Source: Candidatus Riflebacteria bacterium HGW-Riflebacteria-2
Lineage (GTDB): Bacteria > Muiribacteriota > Ozemobacteria > Ozemobacterales > Ozemobacteraceae
Reading direction: 5' to 3'
Length of the DNA: 64,000 nucleotides
Assembly: GCA_002839435.1 (NCBI GenBank)
Contig: PGYA01000006.1
Span: 50,132 to 114,131, forward strand
Positions 19,398 to 28,232 of the stretch are shown here, in pieces. The position numbers were made by a program, and so were the translations under genes. The notes under the pieces are model-generated. The model searched no databases. It was not told the origin of the DNA and was given only the letters and a program-made list of their open reading frames with translations. Numbering within the stretch: the first letter of the stretch is position 1; every line of letters starts with the position of its first letter.

Positions 19398-19930
19398 AGG
19401 TCGTTGAAGCTGACGGTTTCGAGTTTCGGTTTACGGATGCCTTGGAAGCGTTCGTTTTCGACGAGAAGGACAAAACCAAACCCACATTTCACGGAGCGCC
19501 CATGAAGGGCGTTGACATCGTGGCTGAGTTCGATAAAGCGTATGTCTACGTTGAGTTGAAGGACTATGACGACCCCTCTGTTTACGACGTCCTCGGTGCC
19601 GCAAACGACGGCGAACAGATATCTCGACAGGCATGCTTCAAATGGTTGAAAAATTATCTGAAATACAAGTTCAGAGATTCCTACCTCTACCGGCACGCCG
19701 AGCAGAAGGTTGAAAAACCAATCCACTATGTCTGCCTAACCACCTTTGATAATGCCCTGAACACTCGGATGCAGAAGGCGCTTAAGCAGGAACTTCCCGT
19801 AGGCAAAGCTTCACGCCGTTGGGCTCAGGCTCTGGCTACAAGTTGCCAAGTCGTAAACATAAACAAATGGAATGAGAACTTCCCGAAATGGCTAGCCAGA
19901 CGTATCAACACGGCAACAGAAGGAGCATGA
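19394..19930 (+). CDS. Hypothetical protein, putative PD-(D/E)xK-like nuclease
   Basis: MKGVDIV...YVELKDY matches the D...ExK spacing; ATGA overlap with the ATPase. Confidence 0.6.
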   Translation: MKVVEADGFEFRFTDALEAFVFDEKDKTKPTFHGAPMKGVDIVAEFDKAYVYVELKDYDDPSVYDVLGAANDGEQISRQACFKWLKNYLKYKFRDSYLYRHAEQKVEKPIHYVCLTTFDNALNTRMQKALKQELPVGKASRRWAQALATSCQVVNINKWNENFPKWLARRINTATEGA

Positions 19931-19931
19931 G

Positions 19932-22900
19932 ATGGACACTTCTAAAATCAAAAAATTTGCACAGTATGCGCGGCGGAATTTGATCGAACAGGTTGAGGCA
20001 AAGCTCAAGCTGGTTCTGGCTGGTGGAAGCGCAGCGCGCCGAGAGAATACTGCAGCAATAAAGAAGCTTGAAGAAAGTATCGCTGCCAGCAGCAAAGAAC
20101 AGGTTGTCGAGCGGGTGGCCTATATCTGGTTCAACCGCTTTTGCGCTCTGCGATATATGGATATCAATCGATATACTGGCATTGGTGTGGTCTCACCGGC
20201 AGCGGGGCAATTTCAACCCGAGATTCTGGCAGAAGCCAAAATGGGGCATATCGCTGATGAAATAGCTTCAGACAAAGTCAAACAGCAGGTTTTTGCCGTA
20301 TTAGACGATAAAACACCCAGTCGCGATCCGCAGGGCGAAGCATATCGCCTGTTAATTGTTGCTGTCTGCAATTTCTGGAACAAGCAGATGCCGTTTCTGT
20401 TTCAGCGCATTGACGATTTTACCGAACTGCTGATGCCAGATGACCTGCTGTCGGGCAATTCAATTCTGGCCTATACCCGCGAAGCAATGACACCAGAGGT
20501 TTGCCAAGATGTTGAAGTAATCGGCTGGCTGTATCAGTTTTATATTTCTGAGAAAAAAGACCGGGTTTTCGAAGGTCTCAAGAAGAACAAAAAGATCACA
20601 CCCGAAAACATTCCGGCCGCCACCCAGCTTTTTACACCACACTGGATTGTGCGCTATCTCGTCGAAAATTCACTTGGCCGCCTCTGGATGCTGAACCGGC
20701 CCAACTCAAAGCTGATCAAAAAGATGGACTATTACATCAAGCCAGATCAGCCTGAAACTGATTTTTTGCGGGTCAGCAAACCCGAAGAGATCAAGATCTG
20801 CGACCCGGCCTGCGGTTCGGGGCACATGCTGGTTTATGCCTTTGATCTGCTTTACGCAATTTACGAAGAAGAAGGCTACGAGGCTGTCGAAATACCAGAA
20901 AAAATCCTGACCAACAATCTCTACGGCATAGAGATCGACGAACGCGCCGGTGAACTGGCTGCCTTTGCCCTGGCTATGAAAGCCCTGCAATACGACAAGC
21001 GTTTCTTTCGTCGCATGAACGGTGACGATAAGACCGTCAAGCCGAATGTCTGCGTTCTGCAGAATGTAATCTTCGATGATAAAGAACTCAAAGATTATAT
21101 GGACTTCGTTGGCAGAGATCTCTTTGCAGCCCCGCTGCAGACCACCCTGCGCCAGTTCGAAGAAGCCGATAACTTCGGCTCCTTGATCAGACCGGATGTC
21201 ACCGACGTGGACGGTATGCTCAGGATTCTGGAGACAAAGAACGTTTCGGAACATCTATTTATAAGCATTACACACCATAAGGTGCTGCAAGCCATGCGGC
21301 AGGCCGATTACCTCAGCCCGAAATACCATGTGGTGATTGCCAATCCGCCTTATATGGGTAGCCGGAGCATGAATAAACGTCTCGATGCTTTTGCGAAAGG
21401 AAATTATCCACTTTCGAAAGCGGACATTTATGCAATATTCATTGAACGCGGATGGAGTCTTAGTAAGAAACTTGGCTACCTTGGATTCATAAGCATGCAG
21501 TCTTGGATGTTTCTGTCTTCTTTTGAGAAGTTACGGAGCTGGATGCTTTCAAGCTCAACTATCACCAACATGGCACATTTGGGTGAAAGGGCCTTTGATT
21601 CGATAGGAGGTGCGGTTGTTTCAACAACTGCATTTATTACGCAAGTTCGACGTGCAACCGAAGTATTTGGGACATATGTTCGCCTAACTGGTGGTAAGAA
21701 TGAGAGTGAAAAATCTGAGATGCTGCGAAACGCGGCGTTAGGTATAGCTCCGGATATTACCTACAGGACTACCGATGTGAATTTTAAAAAAATACCGGGA
21801 AGTCCAATTGCATATTGGGTGAGTCAGCCAGTTCTTGACGCATTTACGTCTTGTGACCGCGTGTCTGATAAGGTTACAACAGCTTATGGCTTGATCACCA
21901 TGGATAATAATAGGTTTGTTCGCGAATGGCAGGAAGTCAATCTGCGTGATGTCTTCCTAAAGCAGGGCGACTCGGATGACTGGGTTCCCTACAACAATGG
22001 TGGAACATTCAGGAAGTGGTTCGGAAACCACGAAAACGTAGTCCGTTGGAAAAACGATGGCCAAGAAGTAAAACAATTTGCCAAAGACAAGAACGGAAGC
22101 ATCACAAGGACCGTGGTGGGGCAAGGGCATTACTTCAAGGAAGGGATTTCATGGAATGCTATCTCAACGGACAAAATTGGGGTTCGTCATTTCCCAAGCG
22201 GTTTTATTTTTTCAAATGCGAGTATGTGCGCGTTTGGAAAAGAGCGAGATCTCGATATCACCTGTAGTGTTTTGAACGCTAAGGTTGCTCCACATTTCCT
22301 CCGTATCCTTGCGCCTTCGGTAAACTTCGGAGCTATGCAAATTGGTGCAGTGCCTTTCCCCAAAACAGGTCAGACCAATGCTGTTTCTGAAACGGCTCGT
22401 CGGTTAAGTGCCGCGGGAAAATTTGACTGGAATTCCTACGAAACCTCTTGGGACTTCACCGGCCTCCCACTACTGAATCCAGAATACCGTCAAGCAACTC
22501 TGAAAAACACCTACCAGAAGCTCCGCGCCCACTGGCGGGAGATGACGCTGGAGATGCAGCACCTGGAGGAAGAGAACAACCGTATCTTCATCGAGGCTTA
22601 TGGCCTACAAGATGAACTGACGCCCGAGGTGCCGCTGGGCGAGATCACCCTGACCTGCAACCCTTGGTATCGCTATGGCAAAGAACTGCCTGAACAAAAA
22701 AAGGGCGAATTCCCGATAGACCAGGAACTCGAAGACCGCCTGCTCGCCGATACCATGAAAGAATTCATCAGTTACGCTGTTGGTTGCATGTTTGGCCGCT
22801 ATGCACTCGAAAAACCGGGGCTGATTCTCGCCAATCAGGGCGAGACATTCGAAGATTATCTGAAGCAGATCCCCGAACCCAGCTTTCCCGCCGACAAAGA

Positions 22901-23483
22901 CAATGTAATACCAATGCTCGACGGTGACTGGTTCACCGATGACATCACCGAGCGCTTCAGACAGTTTTTGCGCGTCACCTTTAGCGCTGAGCATTATGAA
23001 GAAAATCTCAAGTTCATCGAAGATGCCATCGGCAAAGATATTCGCAAAGATTTTCTTAAAGATTTTTACAGCGACCATGTTAAACGCTACAAAAAACGTC
23101 CGATCTACTGGCTGTTCTCAAGTCCCAAAGGCAGCTTTAACGCGCTGATCTATATGCATCGCTACCGCCCTGACACGGTCAGCGTGGTTCTTAACGACTA
23201 CCTGCGCGAGTTCCGCACCAAGCTCGCCGCCCGACTTGACCACCTGAAGCGTGTCGAAGCCAGCGGCGATGCCTCAAAAGCCGAAAAAGCCAAAGCGTTG
23301 AAAGAGATCGAAAACCTCAAAAAAACCATCGACGAACTCAACACCTGGGAACACGATGTGCTCTATCCGCTTGCCACCAGCAAGATAGAAATAGACCTCG
23401 ACGACGGCGTCAAAGCCAACTACCCCAAATTTGGCACTGCCCTCAAAAAAATACCCGGCCTTGATGCAAAAGATGAAGAGTGA
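19932..23483 (+). CDS. pglX: BREX-1 adenine-specific DNA methyltransferase PglX
   Basis: WFNRF.ALRYM, GWLYQFY, ATQLFTPHWIV, motif I DPACGSG, motif IV NPPY, KKRPIYW and IDLDDGVK.NY. Confidence 0.97.
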   Translation: MDTSKIKKFAQYARRNLIEQVEAKLKLVLAGGSAARRENTAAIKKLEESIAASSKEQVVERVAYIWFNRFCALRYMDINRYTGIGVVSPAAGQFQPEILAEAKMGHIADEIASDKVKQQVFAVLDDKTPSRDPQGEAYRLLIVAVCNFWNKQMPFLFQRIDDFTELLMPDDLLSGNSILAYTREAMTPEVCQDVEVIGWLYQFYISEKKDRVFEGLKKNKKITPENIPAATQLFTPHWIVRYLVENSLGRLWMLNRPNSKLIKKMDYYIKPDQPETDFLRVSKPEEIKICDPACGSGHMLVYAFDLLYAIYEEEGYEAVEIPEKILTNNLYGIEIDERAGELAAFALAMKALQYDKRFFRRMNGDDKTVKPNVCVLQNVIFDDKELKDYMDFVGRDLFAAPLQTTLRQFEEADNFGSLIRPDVTDVDGMLRILETKNVSEHLFISITHHKVLQAMRQADYLSPKYHVVIANPPYMGSRSMNKRLDAFAKGNYPLSKADIYAIFIERGWSLSKKLGYLGFISMQSWMFLSSFEKLRSWMLSSSTITNMAHLGERAFDSIGGAVVSTTAFITQVRRATEVFGTYVRLTGGKNESEKSEMLRNAALGIAPDITYRTTDVNFKKIPGSPIAYWVSQPVLDAFTSCDRVSDKVTTAYGLITMDNNRFVREWQEVNLRDVFLKQGDSDDWVPYNNGGTFRKWFGNHENVVRWKNDGQEVKQFAKDKNGSITRTVVGQGHYFKEGISWNAISTDKIGVRHFPSGFIFSNASMCAFGKERDLDITCSVLNAKVAPHFLRILAPSVNFGAMQIGAVPFPKTGQTNAVSETARRLSAAGKFDWNSYETSWDFTGLPLLNPEYRQATLKNTYQKLRAHWREMTLEMQHLEEENNRIFIEAYGLQDELTPEVPLGEITLTCNPWYRYGKELPEQKKGEFPIDQELEDRLLADTMKEFISYAVGCMFGRYALEKPGLILANQGETFEDYLKQIPEPSFPADKDNVIPMLDGDWFTDDITERFRQFLRVTFSAEHYEENLKFIEDAIGKDIRKDFLKDFYSDHVKRYKKRPIYWLFSSPKGSFNALIYMHRYRPDTVSVVLNDYLREFRTKLAARLDHLKRVEASGDASKAEKAKALKEIENLKKTIDELNTWEHDVLYPLATSKIEIDLDDGVKANYPKFGTALKKIPGLDAKDEE

Positions 23484-23490
23484 GAAATCA

Positions 23491-26037
23491 ATGAACCCCA
23501 AAATAGCACAGGCGGTTGCCAGGCTTTTTACCAAACATCGCATTGTTTTCTGGTATGACATTAAGCGCGAATTGCGGGCAGATTATGAAGCCCTGGAAAT
23601 GCCGGACGTCGAAAAAATCGTTATAAATAATAACGAATATGCCCTGAAATACCGAATTTTGCGTGAAGAGCCGGAACAAAAGTTTCTGCTCTATCGTGAA
23701 GGAGCAAAACCGGCAGAGCTCGACAACTGGTTGCTCGACGTTGAGCTTGCCCATTGCGAATTTCGCACCGACCAGATTGCAATCTGGCTCTCAGAACTTG
23801 ATCTTGGCATGGATTTTTCTGATGTGGTTGCTGCGCATGGCGAATTCTACCAGGCTGCCCGGCGAAAAGATGCGCTTAAACGCCTGCTCAAGTCTGACGA
23901 TACCATTGGTGTTATTCGCATGAAAATGCTGGCAGTTTGCGCAGGCAGCGATGCCAGACTGGACACTGTCCTAGAAAGCCTGCTGCAGGAGCTTGCAGAT
24001 GGCAGCAACGAAAAATACAAACTTATCTGCCGCTGTGGCCTTGATACCGTTTTGTGGGAGCAGGTCGCTCGACATTTTGACTACGAATCAACTGCGAAAA
24101 ACCTTAAGGATTTTGCCATTCGTGTTTTTGCAGACTGCTTCGAAATAGCTGTTTTTCCTGGCAGATACTGGGAGACACGCAAAAAAGACCGCGAGGCAAA
24201 ACGGCCGCCATCTCGAATGTCACAGGAAATACAGGTCTTTTTTAAGCGCTGGAAAGACAGTCGACAGTATGAATCCGGCTTTGAAAAGCTTTCGCACGAA
24301 TGCTCAGAAATTCTCAATGTTGAAAGCGATCTGGCAGGTATCAACTTTCGTGATCTGATCGAACCCGATTATTTCAGCCTGATAGATCGAAAGATCATCA
24401 GCGACCTGGTAAAGACCGTGGCGGCCGGCACCGTTTCAAGTGGCGATGTTGCCATCTGGGTTCGCCAAAGACGCCAGAGTCACTGGTATAGCGAATACCG
24501 TAGCCTTTATGAGGCAATCGACTACGCTGCTCAATTTAAACAGCTGCTTGGCGAAACAAAACTGACCATCGAAGGCCTTGAAGATGGTGTGACCAGATAC
24601 TGTCAGAGCTGGTATAAGCTCGATCAGTTATATCGCAAATTTGTCTATCATGTGCGCACAGCTGGCCAGATTTCGTTGCTGAGCGAGCTTGCGGAACAAA
24701 TTGAAAACCTTTATTCGAACAATTACCTGCTTAAAATTAATGACACCTGGCAGTCTCTGATTAACCAGGCCGGCAAATGGAACGTGCCATCGGTTACCTC
24801 ACAGAAAAAGTTTTTTGAACGCTGGGTTAAACCTTTTCTGCAGAAAGACAACAAGGTCTGTGTGATCATCTCAGACGCCTTTCGCTACGAAATCGGTCAC
24901 GAGCTTCTGAGCTTGATTCGCCAGGAAGATCGTTACAGCGCTGAAATATCCCATGCGCTGGCAATGCTGCCCAGCTATACACAGCTTGGCATGGCGGCAC
25001 TTTTGCCCAACAAAAATTTGTCTCTGGCAGAGAACGATACTGGCATAGTGCTGGTTGACGGCCAGAGTTCACAGGGAACAGCCAATCGCGACAAGATCCT
25101 CTGCAAAGCGGTTAGCGGTGGTGCAACGGCTATAAAGTCTGAAGATCTGATGGCTCTTAAAGGCGATGATTGCCGCTCTTTGTTGCGCGACCACAATGTT
25201 GTCTATGTTTATCACAATCGCATCGATGCTACCGGCGACAAACGCGAATCAGAAGATCGGGTTTTTGAAGCGGTTGAAGAAACGCTTCTGGAGCTTATAA
25301 AACTGATTAAAAAGCTGACCGGTGCCAACGCCAATAATCTGCTGGTCACTTCTGATCATGGTTTTATCTACCAGAACAGAGCTATTGATGAAAGTGATTT
25401 TGCCGGCTGCGAGCCAGAGGGCGATCAGATTTTGTTTAGAGACCGTCGCTTTGTTCTTGGCATGGGTCTTAAAGAAATTGCCGGTCTGCGCAAATTTTTG
25501 TCCTCCGAACTGGATCTCAGCGGTAATATGGAAGTACAGATTCCGAATTCTATTAACCGTTTACGCCTGAAGGGTTCTGGCAGCAGATACGTGCATGGAG
25601 GTGCTTCTCTGCAGGAAGTAATAATACCTGTTCTGAAGATCAACAAAAAGCGGCAGAGCGACGTATCTGTGGTTGATGTTGATATTCTGCGAGGTTCAAG
25701 CTCTATAATCTCCTCGGGCCAACTGGCGGTAGTGCTATATCAGAGCCAGCCAGTCACCGAAAAGCTGCAGCCCAGATTTTTGCGCGCCGGCATTTATACA
25801 GAAGATGGTGAGCTGATTTCAGAGAGCCATGATCTGATCTTTGATCTTACCTCTGACAACCCGCGCGAACGCGAGCTACAGGTGCGCTTTGTGCTTTCAC
25901 GAAAAGCAGACTCTGTAAACGGCCAGGATGTCTTGCTCAAGCTTGAAGAGAAGCATGAAGATACAACCCATTACAAAGAATACAAATCGCTTCGCTATGT
26001 TATGCGGCGTTCGTTTACTACAGATTTTGATTTTTGA
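23491..26037 (+). CDS. pglZ: BREX-1 alkaline-phosphatase-family protein PglZ
   Basis: RIVFWYD, IISDAFRYE, LPSYTQLGMAALLP, YHNRIDA.GD, TSDHG and YVHGGASLQE; ATG at 23491. Confidence 0.96.
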   Translation: MNPKIAQAVARLFTKHRIVFWYDIKRELRADYEALEMPDVEKIVINNNEYALKYRILREEPEQKFLLYREGAKPAELDNWLLDVELAHCEFRTDQIAIWLSELDLGMDFSDVVAAHGEFYQAARRKDALKRLLKSDDTIGVIRMKMLAVCAGSDARLDTVLESLLQELADGSNEKYKLICRCGLDTVLWEQVARHFDYESTAKNLKDFAIRVFADCFEIAVFPGRYWETRKKDREAKRPPSRMSQEIQVFFKRWKDSRQYESGFEKLSHECSEILNVESDLAGINFRDLIEPDYFSLIDRKIISDLVKTVAAGTVSSGDVAIWVRQRRQSHWYSEYRSLYEAIDYAAQFKQLLGETKLTIEGLEDGVTRYCQSWYKLDQLYRKFVYHVRTAGQISLLSELAEQIENLYSNNYLLKINDTWQSLINQAGKWNVPSVTSQKKFFERWVKPFLQKDNKVCVIISDAFRYEIGHELLSLIRQEDRYSAEISHALAMLPSYTQLGMAALLPNKNLSLAENDTGIVLVDGQSSQGTANRDKILCKAVSGGATAIKSEDLMALKGDDCRSLLRDHNVVYVYHNRIDATGDKRESEDRVFEAVEETLLELIKLIKKLTGANANNLLVTSDHGFIYQNRAIDESDFAGCEPEGDQILFRDRRFVLGMGLKEIAGLRKFLSSELDLSGNMEVQIPNSINRLRLKGSGSRYVHGGASLQEVIIPVLKINKKRQSDVSVVDVDILRGSSSIISSGQLAVVLYQSQPVTEKLQPRFLRAGIYTEDGELISESHDLIFDLTSDNPRERELQVRFVLSRKADSVNGQDVLLKLEEKHEDTTHYKEYKSLRYVMRRSFTTDFDF

Positions 26038-26051
26038 AGGACAGCTAATTT

Positions 26052-28085
26052 ATGAACACACTCGACCAGAAGATTAACGATCACTTCCAGGGCCTGGTAG
26101 TCAGAAAAGATCTGGTAAAAGCGGTCAAAGGCAACGCCGTGGTGCCTTCTTACGTTCTTGAATATCTTCTCGGCCAATATTGTGCCACGAGTGATGAAGC
26201 TACGATTCAAACCGGCATTGAAACCGTCAGAGAAATTCTGCGCAAGCATTATGTTCATCGTAGCGAAGCAAACCTGGTGCGTTCTGAAATTGCCCGTCTC
26301 GGCCGATTAAAAGTTATTGACCGCATAGAAGTGGATTTTGTTGATGACAATGGCAGTCACGAAGCGAGCTTTGAGAATCTTGGCATCTCAAAGGTTCTTA
26401 TTGATGCCGACACCGTAAAAAAGAACAGTAAGCTCCTGGTCGGTGGCGTCTGGTGCATCGCGGATCTCGAATATACGCCGTCAGAATCAAAAGCTGTGTG
26501 CCCATGGATTTTAACTTCTCTGAAGCCAATTCAGCTTTCGAGTTTCGATCACGATAATTACCTGAAAATGCGCAGATGTTTCAGCACCGATGAGTGGATC
26601 GACCTGCTGATGCAGAGCATCGGCTTTAACCCAGAGTTCTTCGGCAAGCGCAGCAAGCTTACTCAGCTTAGCCGGCTTATTCCTTTCTGCGAAAGAAATT
26701 ACAATCTGATCGAACTTGGCCCAAAAGGCACCGGCAAATCGCATATTTACTCAGAATTTTCACCGCATGGCACTTTGGTTTCTGGTGGTGAAGCTACTCT
26801 GGCCAAGCTTTTTATCAACAATAACTCCGGCAAAATTGGCCTGGTCGGCTACTGGGATGTAGTGGCACTCGACGAGTTCGCCGGCAAAAACAAGAAGCCC
26901 GATATAAAGCTGATCGATACGCTCAAAAACTATATGGCTAACAAGTCGTTTAATCGTGGCACCGGCCCACAGAGCGCAGAGGCCTCAATGGTGTTCATTG
27001 GCAACACCTCGCACAATGTGCCTTATCTGCTTAAACACAGTGATCTTTTTCATGACCTGCCGGAAAACTACCGCAACGCTGGTGGACATGCAATCTTAGA
27101 CCGCCTGCACCTTTTTGTGCCGGGCTGGGAGATGGATAATCTGAGAAACGAGCTTTTCAGCGATGGCTACGGGTTCGTCGTCGATTATCTGGCTGAAGTT
27201 CTGAGATCTTTGCGCGATCACGATTTTTCTGATCGTTACTCAGAGCACTTTTCGCTGTCGCCTGACATCTCAACCCGCGACCGTGATGGGATCAATAAGA
27301 CTTTTGCCGGGCTCATGAAACTGTTGTTTCCACATGGCGAAGCAACCAGGGAAGAGATCGAAGAAGTCTTGAAGTTTGCCATTGAAGGGCGTAAAAGAGT
27401 TAAAGATCAGTTGATGCGCATTGACGCCACTTATGGCAAGGTAAGCTTTGCCTATCGAGACAAAGAAGGCAAGGAATCTCTAGTCAAAACCCTCGAAGAG
27501 GAAGAATACCCTGGCTTTTACTACAACAAAATCCTTGACGAAGATTCAGCAGCGACGGTTGCCGTCGCTCAGAGTATTGCAGCTGCCCCCAAAACTGAAT
27601 TGCGCGAGCATCACCAGACCATTCAGGAAAACCAGCGCGGAATTTCATTTGATTCTCTGCTTGGGCCCTATCTGCTTGGCGCCCGTAAAATAGTTATCAC
27701 CGACCCATACATTCGGCTATTTTACCAGGTCAGGAATTTGATGGAATTCATTGAAATGTTAGTAAGGCAGAAGAAGGAAGACGAAGTAATCAGCATTGAT
27801 CTGATAACGGTCGAAGACGACTATAAATGCGAGCAGCAGCTTGAAAGCCTTGAAAAGATCAAGGAAGCCTGCCAGATGGCGGGCATCGAGTTTAAATGGG
27901 AATTCGCCACCAACGGTTCAATCCACGCTCGCCACATAATCACCGACCACGGCTGGAAAATCTCACTGGACCGTGGCCTCGACATTTTCCAACACTACGA
28001 AATGAATGACGCTCTCAGCCTCACCAACCGCCTGCAGCAGTTCCGACCCTGCAAAGCCTTCGAAGCAACCTTCATCAAGCTTTGA
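26052..28085 (+). CDS. brxL: BREX protein BrxL with a C-terminal MIT_C/PLD-like domain
   Basis: VVRKDLV, PSYVLEYLLGQYC, Walker A GPKGTGKS, LDE and RKRVKDQL; C-terminal ITDPYIR...HARHIITDHGWKISLDRGLDIFQ; no Lon protease motif. Confidence 0.93.
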   Translation: MNTLDQKINDHFQGLVVRKDLVKAVKGNAVVPSYVLEYLLGQYCATSDEATIQTGIETVREILRKHYVHRSEANLVRSEIARLGRLKVIDRIEVDFVDDNGSHEASFENLGISKVLIDADTVKKNSKLLVGGVWCIADLEYTPSESKAVCPWILTSLKPIQLSSFDHDNYLKMRRCFSTDEWIDLLMQSIGFNPEFFGKRSKLTQLSRLIPFCERNYNLIELGPKGTGKSHIYSEFSPHGTLVSGGEATLAKLFINNNSGKIGLVGYWDVVALDEFAGKNKKPDIKLIDTLKNYMANKSFNRGTGPQSAEASMVFIGNTSHNVPYLLKHSDLFHDLPENYRNAGGHAILDRLHLFVPGWEMDNLRNELFSDGYGFVVDYLAEVLRSLRDHDFSDRYSEHFSLSPDISTRDRDGINKTFAGLMKLLFPHGEATREEIEEVLKFAIEGRKRVKDQLMRIDATYGKVSFAYRDKEGKESLVKTLEEEEYPGFYYNKILDEDSAATVAVAQSIAAAPKTELREHHQTIQENQRGISFDSLLGPYLLGARKIVITDPYIRLFYQVRNLMEFIEMLVRQKKEDEVISIDLITVEDDYKCEQQLESLEKIKEACQMAGIEFKWEFATNGSIHARHIITDHGWKISLDRGLDIFQHYEMNDALSLTNRLQQFRPCKAFEATFIKL

Positions 28086-28232
28086 CTGGCTAGATAAGCT
28101 ACTAGAATCACAGTTTTTCTCTAGCCGCCGTAAAGGCTAAGAATTTAGATCAGCCCAAATTTTGTATAGATTACATTCAGGCAGTAGTAATGAGTTGTCT
28201 GAACTATTTTAGGTCACAGCAAAGGAAAGAGC

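Noticed and set aside
19932-23483. Phase-variable or invertible pglX (shufflon)
   Set aside because: Only one pglX copy; no adjacent invertase, flanking inverted repeats or obvious slippage tract seen
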